This document shows, in pieces, positions 53,492-63,370 of a stretch of 64,000 bases of DNA (its first letter is position 1; the number at the start of each line of letters is the position of its first letter). Where the stretch lies: the NCBI GenBank assembly GCA_019704295.1, contig AP024596.1:352001-416000 (forward strand), given 5' to 3'. The DNA comes from Sulfolobales archaeon HS-7. Its GTDB lineage: Archaea; Thermoproteota; Thermoprotei_A; Sulfolobales; Sulfolobaceae. A program made the translations under genes and the position numbers. The notes under the pieces were generated by a model. The model searched no databases. It was given only the letters and a program-made list of their open reading frames with translations, and had not been told where the DNA came from.

Positions 53492-53767
53492 CTTGGCTCC
53501 AATTAAATTTAATGACTGAGCTTTTGAGATTATCTTAACTTCAGCATTCCCTGAATCTCTTAACAAAGGAGTTTTTACCGAGACGTCTAAAGGCGAAACG
53601 TAGCAATGCTTTTTCAGGCTTAAGAGACTATGACGTTTCAAGGAACTATAAATTAATTTATATTATATTTAAAATATTAAAAAGAAAATTGTATATCTAG
53701 TAAATAATTACAGGAAAATCTGAAAGATTTTTTTAACAACGAGAGTTAACCTTACCTTAAAGATACT

Positions 53768-55105
53768 ATGGCATCATCGAAGGACGTTAACGAAGGTCAG
53801 TCCAAATCTCAGTTAAAGAGGGAGATTAGTTTTTTTGACATATTTTTCATGTCAATGGGAGGTCAGGCGCCGTTCCTATCTTTACTGTCATATGGTACGG
53901 CAGTCTTTACTGTAACTTTACTTTTCTCCCCGATCACAGTTATTATTGGGACTATCGTAGTCCTGTTTAATGGTATTGCAATATATTACCTCTCATCAAA
54001 GTTTACAATGGAAGGAGGGTATTACACCTACGCATTTTACGGTTTAAGTAAGAGATTAGGTCTAGAAACGGGGTGGATGTATCTCTTCTACTCAATCCTT
54101 TACGGAATGGGTTACATAGCAGGGGGTACCTTCGTCCTCAAATACGCCTTAGGCTTGCCTCCTTTTGAGGCCCTCTTCATAATACTTATCCCTGCGCTAA
54201 TTCTTCTCGTTTTAGGAATAAGACCTTCCACTAAATACGCTATTGCCGCAGCCTCACTCGAGGTCGCCATTCTTGTAGCGATATCGTTATTTTTCCTAAA
54301 TCTGGCAAAGTTTTCATTTTACGATCCTTTCGTCAAAATACCTCCAGCAAGTAATATAGTCGCAGGTGTCTTATTCGCTATAGGTCTACCCACGGGGTAC
54401 GGTTCAATAACCCCGATCAGTGGTGAGGTAAAGGACGCGAAAAAAGCCATAGGAAGGACCACATTAGCCGTAATTATAACTGGGGGTCTGCTAATAGCGC
54501 TGGTGGTCTACTCACTTCTCGATGCCGCCGTTCATGTAAACTTTGGAATTCTCTCCCAATACGAACCAATAATTGATTTAGTGAGAAACTACTTGGGATT
54601 AGGAGGGGAAGTCTTCTTGTTATTCGCGGCGATAAATGACGGAATACTGGCATCTCTTGCGTTTATGACAGCCGCCTCAAGAACCTTATTTACCATGGCA
54701 AGTCACGGATTTATCCCAGGAAATCTCGATAAGATCAGCGATAATAAGCCCCTCAGGGCGGTGCTGACTACAGCAGGAATTTTCGCATTACTGTCAACCC
54801 CTCTCCTAGTGGAAAACCCTTACCTGATTTTCCTTTCGTTAGGAACCCTTGCAGGACTAGGAAACCTTTTCGTTCACGCTTCGGCGGACTTCTCGCTGAT
54901 AAAGATATCCCTAAAGAGACTCATCAAAAGATTGAGACAATTCACCGTAGGAATTGTCGCGACCATCATATCGGTTTCCGTGTTAGTTTACTCCATAGTA
55001 ACTGGAGCCCCTGACATCGCGTACATATTCTTCGGTTGGATCATTGCAGGCTTTCTCTATTCCGAGATTCTAAACATGACTAAAGAGGAAGAGGAAGAGG
55101 AGTAG
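53768..55105 (+). CDS. APC family amino acid permease
   Basis: LKREIS, GGYYTY, TGYGSITPISGEVK, SRTLF; ~12 TM segments. Confidence 0.88.
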   Translation: MASSKDVNEGQSKSQLKREISFFDIFFMSMGGQAPFLSLLSYGTAVFTVTLLFSPITVIIGTIVVLFNGIAIYYLSSKFTMEGGYYTYAFYGLSKRLGLETGWMYLFYSILYGMGYIAGGTFVLKYALGLPPFEALFIILIPALILLVLGIRPSTKYAIAAASLEVAILVAISLFFLNLAKFSFYDPFVKIPPASNIVAGVLFAIGLPTGYGSITPISGEVKDAKKAIGRTTLAVIITGGLLIALVVYSLLDAAVHVNFGILSQYEPIIDLVRNYLGLGGEVFLLFAAINDGILASLAFMTAASRTLFTMASHGFIPGNLDKISDNKPLRAVLTTAGIFALLSTPLLVENPYLIFLSLGTLAGLGNLFVHASADFSLIKISLKRLIKRLRQFTVGIVATIISVSVLVYSIVTGAPDIAYIFFGWIIAGFLYSEILNMTKEEEEEE

Positions 55106-55135
55106 GTTTTTATTTGGCCAAGTAAATATACTTCA

Positions 55136-55882
55136 GTGAAAGCACTCTTCGTATCACATGGTTCGCCGATGATACTTGTAGAGAAGAATTCATGGAAGGA
55201 ATTACTTTCTGAAATAGGTAAAGAATTCGCTGATTTTGACAGAGTTGTTATAGTTAGTCCCCACTTCGCTACATGGGATAAACATTACGTAGAGGTTCAG
55301 GAAAGATTGGAGTGTATTCAAGACTATTACGGTTTTCCAGAGGAGCTTTACAAGTTCTGCTATTCTGCCCCTAATGATGTAGAGTTCGCTGAGGCCATAG
55401 TTAGAGGATTAGAACGTGAAGGAATCCCAGTAAAAGCTGACACTTCGTGGGGACTTGATCATGGCGCGTGGATTCCCCTCATGTATATGTTTCCGTTTCC
55501 TAAGAAGGTCGTAACGGTGTCAATTACCCCTAACGGTCCTGAAGAACATGTAAGAATAGGTGAGGTAATTGGATCTCTAGCTGACGATAAAACGCTCGTA
55601 ATAGGTACAGGTTCTCCAACCCATAGGTTGGATTTAATGTATATGAAAGTGGGAAAATGGAACTCAAAATTCGACGCCATGCTAATGGAATTAATAAACC
55701 AAGGTGACGTTATTGGACTACTCAATCTCCCGAGTAAAAAGGAATGGATTGAAGCTCAGCCAGAAGGAGATTTAGCGCCATTTTACGTGGCTTTAGGTTC
55801 GTCAAGTGGTAAGAAGGGAAGAGTTCTCAGTTACACCTCTCCAGAATACGGAGTAAGCATGTTGGCTGTAGAGTTCGATTAA
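55136..55882 (+). CDS. class III extradiol dioxygenase (LigB/DODA-like)
   Basis: SHGSP, SPH, DYYGFPEELY, GLDHGAWIPL. Confidence 0.88.
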   Translation: MKALFVSHGSPMILVEKNSWKELLSEIGKEFADFDRVVIVSPHFATWDKHYVEVQERLECIQDYYGFPEELYKFCYSAPNDVEFAEAIVRGLEREGIPVKADTSWGLDHGAWIPLMYMFPFPKKVVTVSITPNGPEEHVRIGEVIGSLADDKTLVIGTGSPTHRLDLMYMKVGKWNSKFDAMLMELINQGDVIGLLNLPSKKEWIEAQPEGDLAPFYVALGSSSGKKGRVLSYTSPEYGVSMLAVEFD

Positions 55883-56100
55883 TATTACTTTGGTATCAAC
55901 CTACATGGTGAATCACCCTACCCCAAAAATCCAAAATAATTCGCCTTATAATATTTAATAATGATATAACATTAAAAGTAGCCAACCTATAATGTAGTGA
56001 AACACCTGTTAAAGAATATATGGGATCAGTTTAGCGGTATTAAGTCCTTACTACTCTCGAATGCGTAAAAAATTTTTGCCTTTAATTACGTGTTTTCCTA

Positions 56101-57165
56101 ATGATAATTAAAGCAGAGAAGATAGTCCTGAATACGACGATCATCTCAGGGTCTATAGAATTTGACGACAATGGAATAATTACAGCGGTTAACAAGGGTT
56201 CTACGAACAACGGGCTTATTCTGGTACCAGGCTTCGTAGATACCCACACTCACGGAATAGCGGGAAGGGACTTCTCCATTTCAGCAGAGGATGTAATCGA
56301 GGATTACGTCAAACATGGAGTAACGACTTACATCCCAACTGCAGTGTCTTTGAGCAGAGAAGGACTTAGAAAATTCTGTAGTCAAATGGCCTCTTCGAAA
56401 TCGAATGTATTCAACTTAGAGGGTCCTTACATAAGTGCGAGTAAGAGAGGTGCACATGCACTCTCTAATTTAAGAAAGCCTGATATAAGAGAGGTTGTTG
56501 AATGCATGAAGCTTTCCAAAAACAAACTTGCTGTAATAACCGTAGCACCAGAAATTGCAATGGAAGTAATTCCAGAGCTGATAAAAATGGGAATTATTGT
56601 GTCGATTGGACATACCGATGCAGATTTCCCCGTTTCCGAACTTGCTTACTTAAGTGGGGCAACTAGAACTACTCATATATTTAACGCAATGAGGACGTTC
56701 CATCACAGGGACCCCGGAGTAATTATCGCTTCTCTCCTTTACTCTAACTTCATTGAGGTGATTCCAGATTTTTTCCATGTTGATCAGCAAATTATCAAAT
56801 ACTTAATTCAGAACCACTGGAGAAGGTTGGTCGCCATAACAGACTCAATATCCGCTACAGACCTAGGTGATGGAGAGTATTCTCTAGGAGACGAAAAGGT
56901 ATTCGTAAAGGGAGGAAAAGCTAAACTCAAGGATGGAACCATTGCGGGTAGCACACTAACGATGGATAAGGCTTTTAGAAACGTTCTCGAGTTAACAGAT
57001 CTTCTTACGACATCTTCGATCGTAAGCTATAATCCGGCTAAATCTATTAATCTCAACGATAGGGGGGAACTGGGTATAGGGAAGAGAGCCGACTTAGTTG
57101 TCCTAGATTCGCATTATACTTTGAAGGAGGTTTACGCAGAAGGCAAGCTACTATTTCAGCATTAA
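56101..57165 (+). CDS. nagA: N-acetylglucosamine-6-phosphate deacetylase
   Basis: PGFVDTHTHG, LEGPY, GAH, TVAPE, GHT, THIFNAM, ITD, IAGS. Confidence 0.92.
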   Translation: MIIKAEKIVLNTTIISGSIEFDDNGIITAVNKGSTNNGLILVPGFVDTHTHGIAGRDFSISAEDVIEDYVKHGVTTYIPTAVSLSREGLRKFCSQMASSKSNVFNLEGPYISASKRGAHALSNLRKPDIREVVECMKLSKNKLAVITVAPEIAMEVIPELIKMGIIVSIGHTDADFPVSELAYLSGATRTTHIFNAMRTFHHRDPGVIIASLLYSNFIEVIPDFFHVDQQIIKYLIQNHWRRLVAITDSISATDLGDGEYSLGDEKVFVKGGKAKLKDGTIAGSTLTMDKAFRNVLELTDLLTTSSIVSYNPAKSINLNDRGELGIGKRADLVVLDSHYTLKEVYAEGKLLFQH

Positions 57166-57166
57166 G

Positions 57167-57260
57167 TGCGGGGACGGGGATTCGAACCCCGGATGGCCTA
57201 CGCCAGCGGATCTCTTAACGGGTCTTGAGTCCGCCCCCTTGACCGCTCGGGCACCCCCGC
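57167..57260 (-). tRNA. tRNA-Leu(CAA) with 12-nt intron (57212-57223) at position 37/38
   Basis: Acceptor GCGGGGG/TCCCCGC, anticodon stem GCGGA/TCCGC, long variable arm, TTCGAAT T-loop. Confidence 0.95.
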
Positions 57261-57327
57261 ACGCTAATATCTCCTGTTTTACTCCTTTTATTCTTGTCGC
57301 TGGTTAAAAGTATAGTTGATTTTTTAA

Positions 57328-58436
57328 TCATTTCCTCACTAACCCAAAGACGATGGTTCTCCTCGCGGATCCGAGTTCATATCCCTTATCTGAGGGGTAG
57401 TGGAGAGAGCAATATACACCTCCCATTTAAGTTCGTGATCGCGATAATGTCCGGGTTGTTTTCATAATCACACGGACATAAGAACAACGATGTGAGACTT
57501 CAACCGTCTTCTTACCGCACTTATGACAAGTCATGAACGAATAACTGGGGTTAACGTACTCAACCGTAATCTCACGCTTCGCAGCCTACCATTGGATCTA
57601 TTACTGAATACTGCAGTACAGGATGAGATGGAGCTTATTCCTGAACTCGGGAGCTAAGTTATTTACCTGGTGTCATATTCCTCAAGCTCTCCATTTTAAT
57701 GACGTTTACATAAAAGTCCTGCGGTACCACAACGACTTACTTTCTTAGCGAAGTCCAACATAACGTGTTTAGCCGTCACGTGAGAGTGGGGGGATCCTTG
57801 CCATAACATGTTTACTTCTTTGTCTCCTGGTATACTTACTCTGAAAGGACTCAGCTAAGAGTCTAAAGCATTTAACCTCTTCTAATCGTGCAGTAATGCT
57901 AAGTTAGTCAGAATCGTCCTTTCCTGCAACGACTTCACACAAGTTAATGTCCATAACGAGGCTTCCCTAGGCTTACCTTTCAGTGACTCTCTTAAACATC
58001 ATCTTAAGGGAAGCCTTATCGTCCTTGATTAGGAACCTTACCTCCTTCATATTTCATGTTCAAAGAAATGAAGGGTCCTCGGATAACCCAGAGTAAGTAT
58101 CTCTATCCCTGCTATCCTCACGGTCACCCCTCGAAGACCACGAGGTAACTAGTCATGGACATAAGTTATATCGTAAGGTTGTAGACACTGAGGAACCTAC
58201 TCTTCTTGGGATTATTCAACCATTTCCTTTAACCAGAATAACGCATACCTTAATGCCTTAAGATAACGATTTAAGAGGATTAGGAGGGAATCATTCTTCC
58301 AATCTTGATGGAAATCATTCCTCTCATTGTGTTCTTTCTACTCCTTCCAGACATTAAATAGCCAAAGGATAAGTACTTACATACAAGAGGATTATCCCAA
58401 CCTCACAGAGGCAGAACTTTCCGCTTCCTTAACTCA
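57328..58436 (-). mobile_element. tnpB: decayed tnpB-only IS200/IS605 element (ISC1316-like) with both ends
   Basis: Fragments from ATG 58354, broken by stops and frameshifts: [92 protein letters not shown]. Confidence 0.88.
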
Positions 58437-58482
58437 TATTTTTGTAAAAAACTTATTTATTCTCTGCGAGTACTTTGAAATT

Positions 58483-58677
58483 ATGAATGAATGGCAGAAA
58501 TGGATGTTAGTACTTTTACCACTAGGAATAGTACTCTCTATATCTGTACTATCGGTTTTCATATTAATGAGAATACCACAATATTATGAGGCGATTCCAA
58601 TAATAGTAGGGTTCTCAGTGGTCATGGGATTAATAGCCGTTTTCGTAAGGGTTTTCCTAGGTAAATGGGCTTTATGA
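58483..58677 (+). CDS. small two-TM membrane protein
   Basis: ATG 58483 (MNEWQKWMLVLL...) with AAAAAACTTATTTA upstream. The ORF-track 5' extension lies inside the IS end. Confidence 0.65.
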   Translation: MNEWQKWMLVLLPLGIVLSISVLSVFILMRIPQYYEAIPIIVGFSVVMGLIAVFVRVFLGKWAL

Positions 58678-59183
58678 GAGATAATGATAAGATTCGGAAC
58701 TCCATCGACGCATCTTACAGGAAATTAAGTCGCTCCTGATACGAGTCTAACTATGTGGAACTTCCGCTAATTCACCTTCTTGTTGCCCACGTTAATCTAC
58801 GTCATTGTGCACCACAGAATGAGAAGTTCAGACATTCCTGAAATTCATGGATGGTTATATCTGGGTTTTTTGCTAATTCAGTTTGTTTAGAAAAACAAAA
58901 CGAATTTAATTAAACTATTCCGTATCAACTAGCTGAAGATCCGTAGTTTATAGTTTCCTTTATTTGACCTGTCTTAGCCACAATTACAATTAACTATTGA
59001 CATCTGAATTGTCCTCATATAGAAACTTGCGAGTAATGTAGTCGATTAGGAAATAGGTTCGCAGTCGTTATTTACACTAACATATTAATAATAGTGAGAT
59101 TTTGAATTTGCATTTAGGGCAGTCAACGGACTGGAAATGTATAGATAGGAAAAAAATATTTACTTCCCTGGAAATAAAAGATT

Positions 59184-59627
59184 ATGGATAGCAATAATAT
59201 TCTTGAGATATTAAGGAGTTATCATGTAATAGCAACTGTGGGATTTTCAAAAGATCCCAGCAAACCCTCTCATCAAGTACCGAAGTTCCTCATTGCTAGA
59301 GGATATAAGGTGATACCAGTAAATCCTACTGTCGATCAGATATTAGGCTTAAAATCTTATAAAACAGTTACGGAAATTCCAGAACCAATTGAGATTGTCC
59401 AGGTATTCAGACCATCCAAGGATATACCTCAAGTCGTTAACGACGTTTTAGAAAGAGTAGAAAAGAAGGAAGACGTCAAGGTGTTATGGCTTCAAGAGGG
59501 TATAAGAAATGATGAGGCTGTAAAGCCCTTGTTAGGAAAGCTAAAGGTGGTTCAGGACAGGTGCATGTATAAAGAGTATATGAAGCTGATAGAGGGAAAT
59601 CAGAATCCAGAACCGTTAACGAAGTAA
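59184..59627 (+). CDS. CoA-binding protein (YccU-like)
   Basis: VGFSKDPSKPS, IPVNP, VFRP, WLQEG, DRC. Confidence 0.9.
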   Translation: MDSNNILEILRSYHVIATVGFSKDPSKPSHQVPKFLIARGYKVIPVNPTVDQILGLKSYKTVTEIPEPIEIVQVFRPSKDIPQVVNDVLERVEKKEDVKVLWLQEGIRNDEAVKPLLGKLKVVQDRCMYKEYMKLIEGNQNPEPLTK

Positions 59628-59848
59628 GACCCCTGCTCTAACTGGTAAGATTCAAAATTTATCTTGTTAATTATACATACAAGATGTTCAAAATCCACAA
59701 TGTATTGGAAACTGTTAGTTATGACTTTCTTTTTATTTTAATTTATAAAATCTAATTGGATAATCTGGATGTATTTCTCCTATCTTAAATTCCGCACGAT
59801 TAATCCCCCATCAAAGTTAAATCTTCTTACTATCGATCTAGGGAATAT

Positions 59849-61501
59849 ATGTTCAACTCTTACGCAATCATTACGATATTTGTCATCTCGACAGCTTTAT
59901 TGATCACGAGGAAAGTAAGGTATGACATCATAGGTGCACTCGTATTTATCGCCTTACTCCTAGTAGGGGCAGTCCCAATAAAAATCGGATTAGAGGATCT
60001 CAGCAGTCCTGCGGTAATAGTCCTGATTTCTGTACTATTACTTAGTAAAAGCATAGAGTCATCAGGATTTCTAGAAAACTTCGGAGAGTTCCTATCGGTG
60101 AAATTAAGGAGAAGTACTGCGGTTACTTTTACACTACTCCTTCTAGTGGGTTTCGCCTCTGGTTTCGTAAGCGACGTAGCTTTAACTGCAATAATGATTC
60201 CGGTGTTCTCCTATGTCAGTGAGAAGTTCAATGAAAGCAAGTCCAAGTACCTCATCCCTCTTTCCTATGCTGCAATACTCGGAGGGAGATATACAATCAT
60301 AGGAACTACTCCGAATATTGTTATAGATCAGCTTTGGTATGAAAAAACCGGTAACTTCCTTCCGTTCTTCCAGTTCTTGAAGGTGGGCCTTATAATGATG
60401 TCTTTCGGATTTATTGGGCTTTTCGTAATATCCAAGTTACTACCATCTATAAGCAAACCACTGAACTCGATAGAGGACTTCAAAACTAAGAATTACGTAG
60501 TAGAAGCTAAATTAGAAGACGGAGAACTTATAGGGAAGCCGATTAGTTACTTAGAAGGAATTGGGGTAAAAGTATTAGATGTCTTTCCTAGAAGAATGTC
60601 CTTCGGTCAACGCGTTCTCATGAAAGGAGATACGATTCTAATGGAGATCTCGCCAGATAAGTTGCCTAACATTACTTCCATTGATGGGCTTAAACTCGCA
60701 CCTTCGTCTTCAACAGTGGAAGGGGGCGACGTAAGGGAACTTCTCGTCACTTCAAGCTCCTTAGCAGTAGGAAAGACTATAGCTGATATCGAACCTGATT
60801 TCGTGTATAGCGTGAAGGTTTTGGGAATTTCTGGAAGGCTTATTCAAGGCAATGTAAGTAAAATAAATATAGCTCCAGGAGACATCCTCCTAGTCCAAGG
60901 TAAAGACGAGAATATAACGAAAATGATGAATTCTCTGGGGCTAGTTCCCCTTTATGAAAGGAAGATAAAGGTGTTTAATCCCAAGAAGGGGATAGTAGCT
61001 ATTGCTTCCCTGACAACAGCCGTAATCTTGTCGAGTTTAGGAGTTAACACAGCCGAATCTTTTCTAATAGGGATTCTACCTACGGCTATTATTGAATACA
61101 AAAATATATATAGGTATATAGATTGGCCTCTAGTAATCTTCGTAGCTACTTATATTCCAATGGGTTATGCTCTGCAATCAACGGGATTTTTGCTAAAGAT
61201 TCCCTATCTGAACAACCTACTGGTGCTTTTCCTTTTTACAGTCCTTATAGCCAACTTGGTCAACAATATATCGGCTTCCGTAATAATGGGACCAGTTGCG
61301 CTAACCTTACCACATCCCCTTCTCTCTTTAACAGTAGTAGCCATGGGGAGTTCATCTACTTTCCTAACACCATTTAGTCATCAGGCTAATCTCTTAGTTA
61401 ATGATGCGGGAGGATATTCGGTAAAACATTACTTAATATCCGGCACGATAATTTTGTCACTTGTATTTATAGGCCTTCTAATTTTCTTGTTCGTTCACTG
61501 A
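59849..61501 (+). CDS. SLC13/DASS family permease with TrkA-C domains
   Basis: LIPLSYAAILGG..TIIGTTPN, NN, FLTPFSHQANL. Confidence 0.88.
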   Translation: MFNSYAIITIFVISTALLITRKVRYDIIGALVFIALLLVGAVPIKIGLEDLSSPAVIVLISVLLLSKSIESSGFLENFGEFLSVKLRRSTAVTFTLLLLVGFASGFVSDVALTAIMIPVFSYVSEKFNESKSKYLIPLSYAAILGGRYTIIGTTPNIVIDQLWYEKTGNFLPFFQFLKVGLIMMSFGFIGLFVISKLLPSISKPLNSIEDFKTKNYVVEAKLEDGELIGKPISYLEGIGVKVLDVFPRRMSFGQRVLMKGDTILMEISPDKLPNITSIDGLKLAPSSSTVEGGDVRELLVTSSSLAVGKTIADIEPDFVYSVKVLGISGRLIQGNVSKINIAPGDILLVQGKDENITKMMNSLGLVPLYERKIKVFNPKKGIVAIASLTTAVILSSLGVNTAESFLIGILPTAIIEYKNIYRYIDWPLVIFVATYIPMGYALQSTGFLLKIPYLNNLLVLFLFTVLIANLVNNISASVIMGPVALTLPHPLLSLTVVAMGSSSTFLTPFSHQANLLVNDAGGYSVKHYLISGTIILSLVFIGLLIFLFVH

Positions 61502-61866
61502 GAAGCTATTACGGATATTTCAACTTTGCTACCTCGTGGGAGTTCTTTTACTCCCACCGTAACTCTCGCAGGCGGATTTGAGGTAAAGTACTTTGAGTAC
61601 TCTTCATTAAACTCCTGAAAATCCCTCATGTCTGATAAGAACACAAAGGACATAACCACGTTCTTCACATCGAGTGAAGATGCCTTCAATATAGCCCTTA
61701 TGTTCTCTAATACTTGCCTTGTTTGTTCCCTAATCCCAGGGGGGATTTCTCCAGTTTTCGGATTAATGGGAATTTGTCCCGAGATGAAGAGTAAGTTTCC
61801 CGCTTTAACGCCCTGGGAATAAGGACCAATGGGCTTAGGTGCCTCCTCTGTGAATACTGTTTCCAT
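61495..61866 (-). CDS. ridA: RidA/YjgF family enamine deaminase
   Basis: APKPIGPYSQG, SGQIP, PPAR, LPRG.KVEI. Confidence 0.92.
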   Translation of the reverse strand: METVFTEEAPKPIGPYSQGVKAGNLLFISGQIPINPKTGEIPPGIREQTRQVLENIRAILKASSLDVKNVVMSFVFLSDMRDFQEFNEEYSKYFTSNPPARVTVGVKELPRGSKVEISVIASQ

Positions 61867-61914
61867 GTGTGTTAGTTTCATTTCGGGTATAAAAGATAGG
61901 AGTTTCTCCGTATA

Positions 61915-62025
61915 GTGAAACTTACTATGTTGTAAAGGGAGAAGTTTCCTATTTCACGGCTCCGCCCTGCCAGTACTGGTAGAAGGCGTAACTTGACTAG
62001 AACTAAGGATTACATCGACCCCTAA
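61915..62025 (-). mobile_element. IS200/IS605 relic: tnpB 3' end and right end (omega-RNA region)
   Basis: Minus frame GSM*SLVLVKLRLLPV resembles the Sulfolobus TnpB C-terminus GSERPLVPVELRPLPV; ends in TTCAC at 61915. Confidence 0.6.
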
Positions 62026-62285
62026 GTGAACTTGGTTTTGGTGTCCCACACGGAACTGATTGAAGCGTAATGCATTAACCACCAATTTAATCGAGACGTC
62101 TAGGTGAAGCCTACTTCTTCGGCAACTGTCATTAATATTATGTTTTTTCTGCATTTAAACTACAAAGGGGACTATTCACTTCTATCTAAAAAGAAGGAGT
62201 TTTCGTCCCTTTGAGCACATAACTTTATAAATAGTGTGTTTAAGAGGATTAACATTTTTAGGGAAACCCCTGAATTCAGGGCAAG

Positions 62286-62597
62286 TTACTCTTCTAAGAG
62301 CTCGTCCAAGAGTTTCTCTCCGTAATCCTGTTCACCAGTAACTATAAGATCATCCTTACCATCTTCGTAGTATTTGAGTACTTCCTTTTTCACTCCTTCA
62401 ATACTAGACGGAATAATGTCAACGACTTCTCCTCCTCTATATTTATCGTCCTCATAAATAACGAATGTAGTATTAGCGTAATACACTATTCTATATGTAG
62501 CTATTACCTTCCCGTCTTCTACTTTCTTATAAACGTTAACTGTTAGAAGTGGTTCTGTCATTCCGTGTCTTATCCACTCATAATACTTTACCTTCAT
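62286..62597 (-). CDS. hypothetical protein
   Basis: 103 aa; ATGA overlap with the xdhC-like gene. Confidence 0.7.
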   Translation of the reverse strand: MKVKYYEWIRHGMTEPLLTVNVYKKVEDGKVIATYRIVYYANTTFVIYEDDKYRGGEVVDIIPSSIEGVKKEVLKYYEDGKDDLIVTGEQDYGEKLLDELLEE

Positions 62598-63169
62598 AGA
62601 GAATCTACCAGCTGAGGGGTGTTCTTGATTTCGCTTAATGGTCTACCTGTTCCTCCTCTATCATATGCGATTATTTCAGCGATTATACTTAACGCTATTT
62701 CCTCCTCGTTCTCAGCCTTTATGTCTAGTCCGGCAGGAAGCCTCAAAGCCTTGAGTTTGTCCTTGGATAAGCCGTTGTCGACTAATCTTTTTAAGACGAC
62801 TTTAGCCCTTTTTGGACTCATAACTACCCATACAGCCTTTGCTCCAGCACCAAGGGATTTGGTTATAGCCCAGCTATCGTAAACGTGCTTGGTAGCAACT
62901 ACTGAGTAAGCCCCCTTAATTTCGTCGTCTGGAACTGAGAAGTTAACGTCACCTATAATTTTATCTGCCTCATAATGGGTCTCATCTGCAAAAGGGTCAA
63001 CAACGACGACCTGATTTTTCAGATACTTAGCAAAATGAGCTAAATGTGGTGCAATACTTATTGATTTTCCAGTACACTTACTAGCATCAACTTTTACGGA
63101 ATCCCTATCACAAAATACAGGTTCTTCGAACTCAGTTTCCCTACTGGAGGTAAAAATCACTATCTTCAT
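62594..63169 (-). CDS. XdhC family Mo-enzyme maturation factor (C-terminal domain only)
   Basis: ATKHVYD, LPAGLDIKAENEEEIALSIIAEI. Confidence 0.85.
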   Translation of the reverse strand: MKIVIFTSSRETEFEEPVFCDRDSVKVDASKCTGKSISIAPHLAHFAKYLKNQVVVVDPFADETHYEADKIIGDVNFSVPDDEIKGAYSVVATKHVYDSWAITKSLGAGAKAVWVVMSPKRAKVVLKRLVDNGLSKDKLKALRLPAGLDIKAENEEEIALSIIAEIIAYDRGGTGRPLSEIKNTPQLVDSL

Positions 63170-63370
63170 AAGGTTAAAATAAGCATAACCAATTATATAC
63201 TTTCCCTGGATCCCTTACGACTTCCCTAACCACAAATCGAAAATTCAGTAATTGACTACTTATGCAGGTATTGAAGTTAAGACAAATTCTAATCTACCTT
63301 ACAGTAGAGAGTAAGCGGTTAACTCAAAAACAACCGTTCTTCTAACCTGTTCGTTTCGTCAGATTTCACG

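Noticed and set aside
53492-53641. 50-aa N-terminal extension of TIP49 in the ORF track
   Set aside because: Homology begins at MAEIKEV (ATG 53491); the upstream sequence looks like promoter
58684-58739. Possible box C/D sRNA (ATGATAA...CTGA)
   Set aside because: Imperfect C box, no clear C'/D' boxes and no target recognised
41200-62025. Left-end and right-end tnpB relics forming one composite transposon around 20 kb
   Set aside because: On the minus strand the right end (62 kb) precedes the left end (41.6 kb), so they do not bracket the interval as cargo
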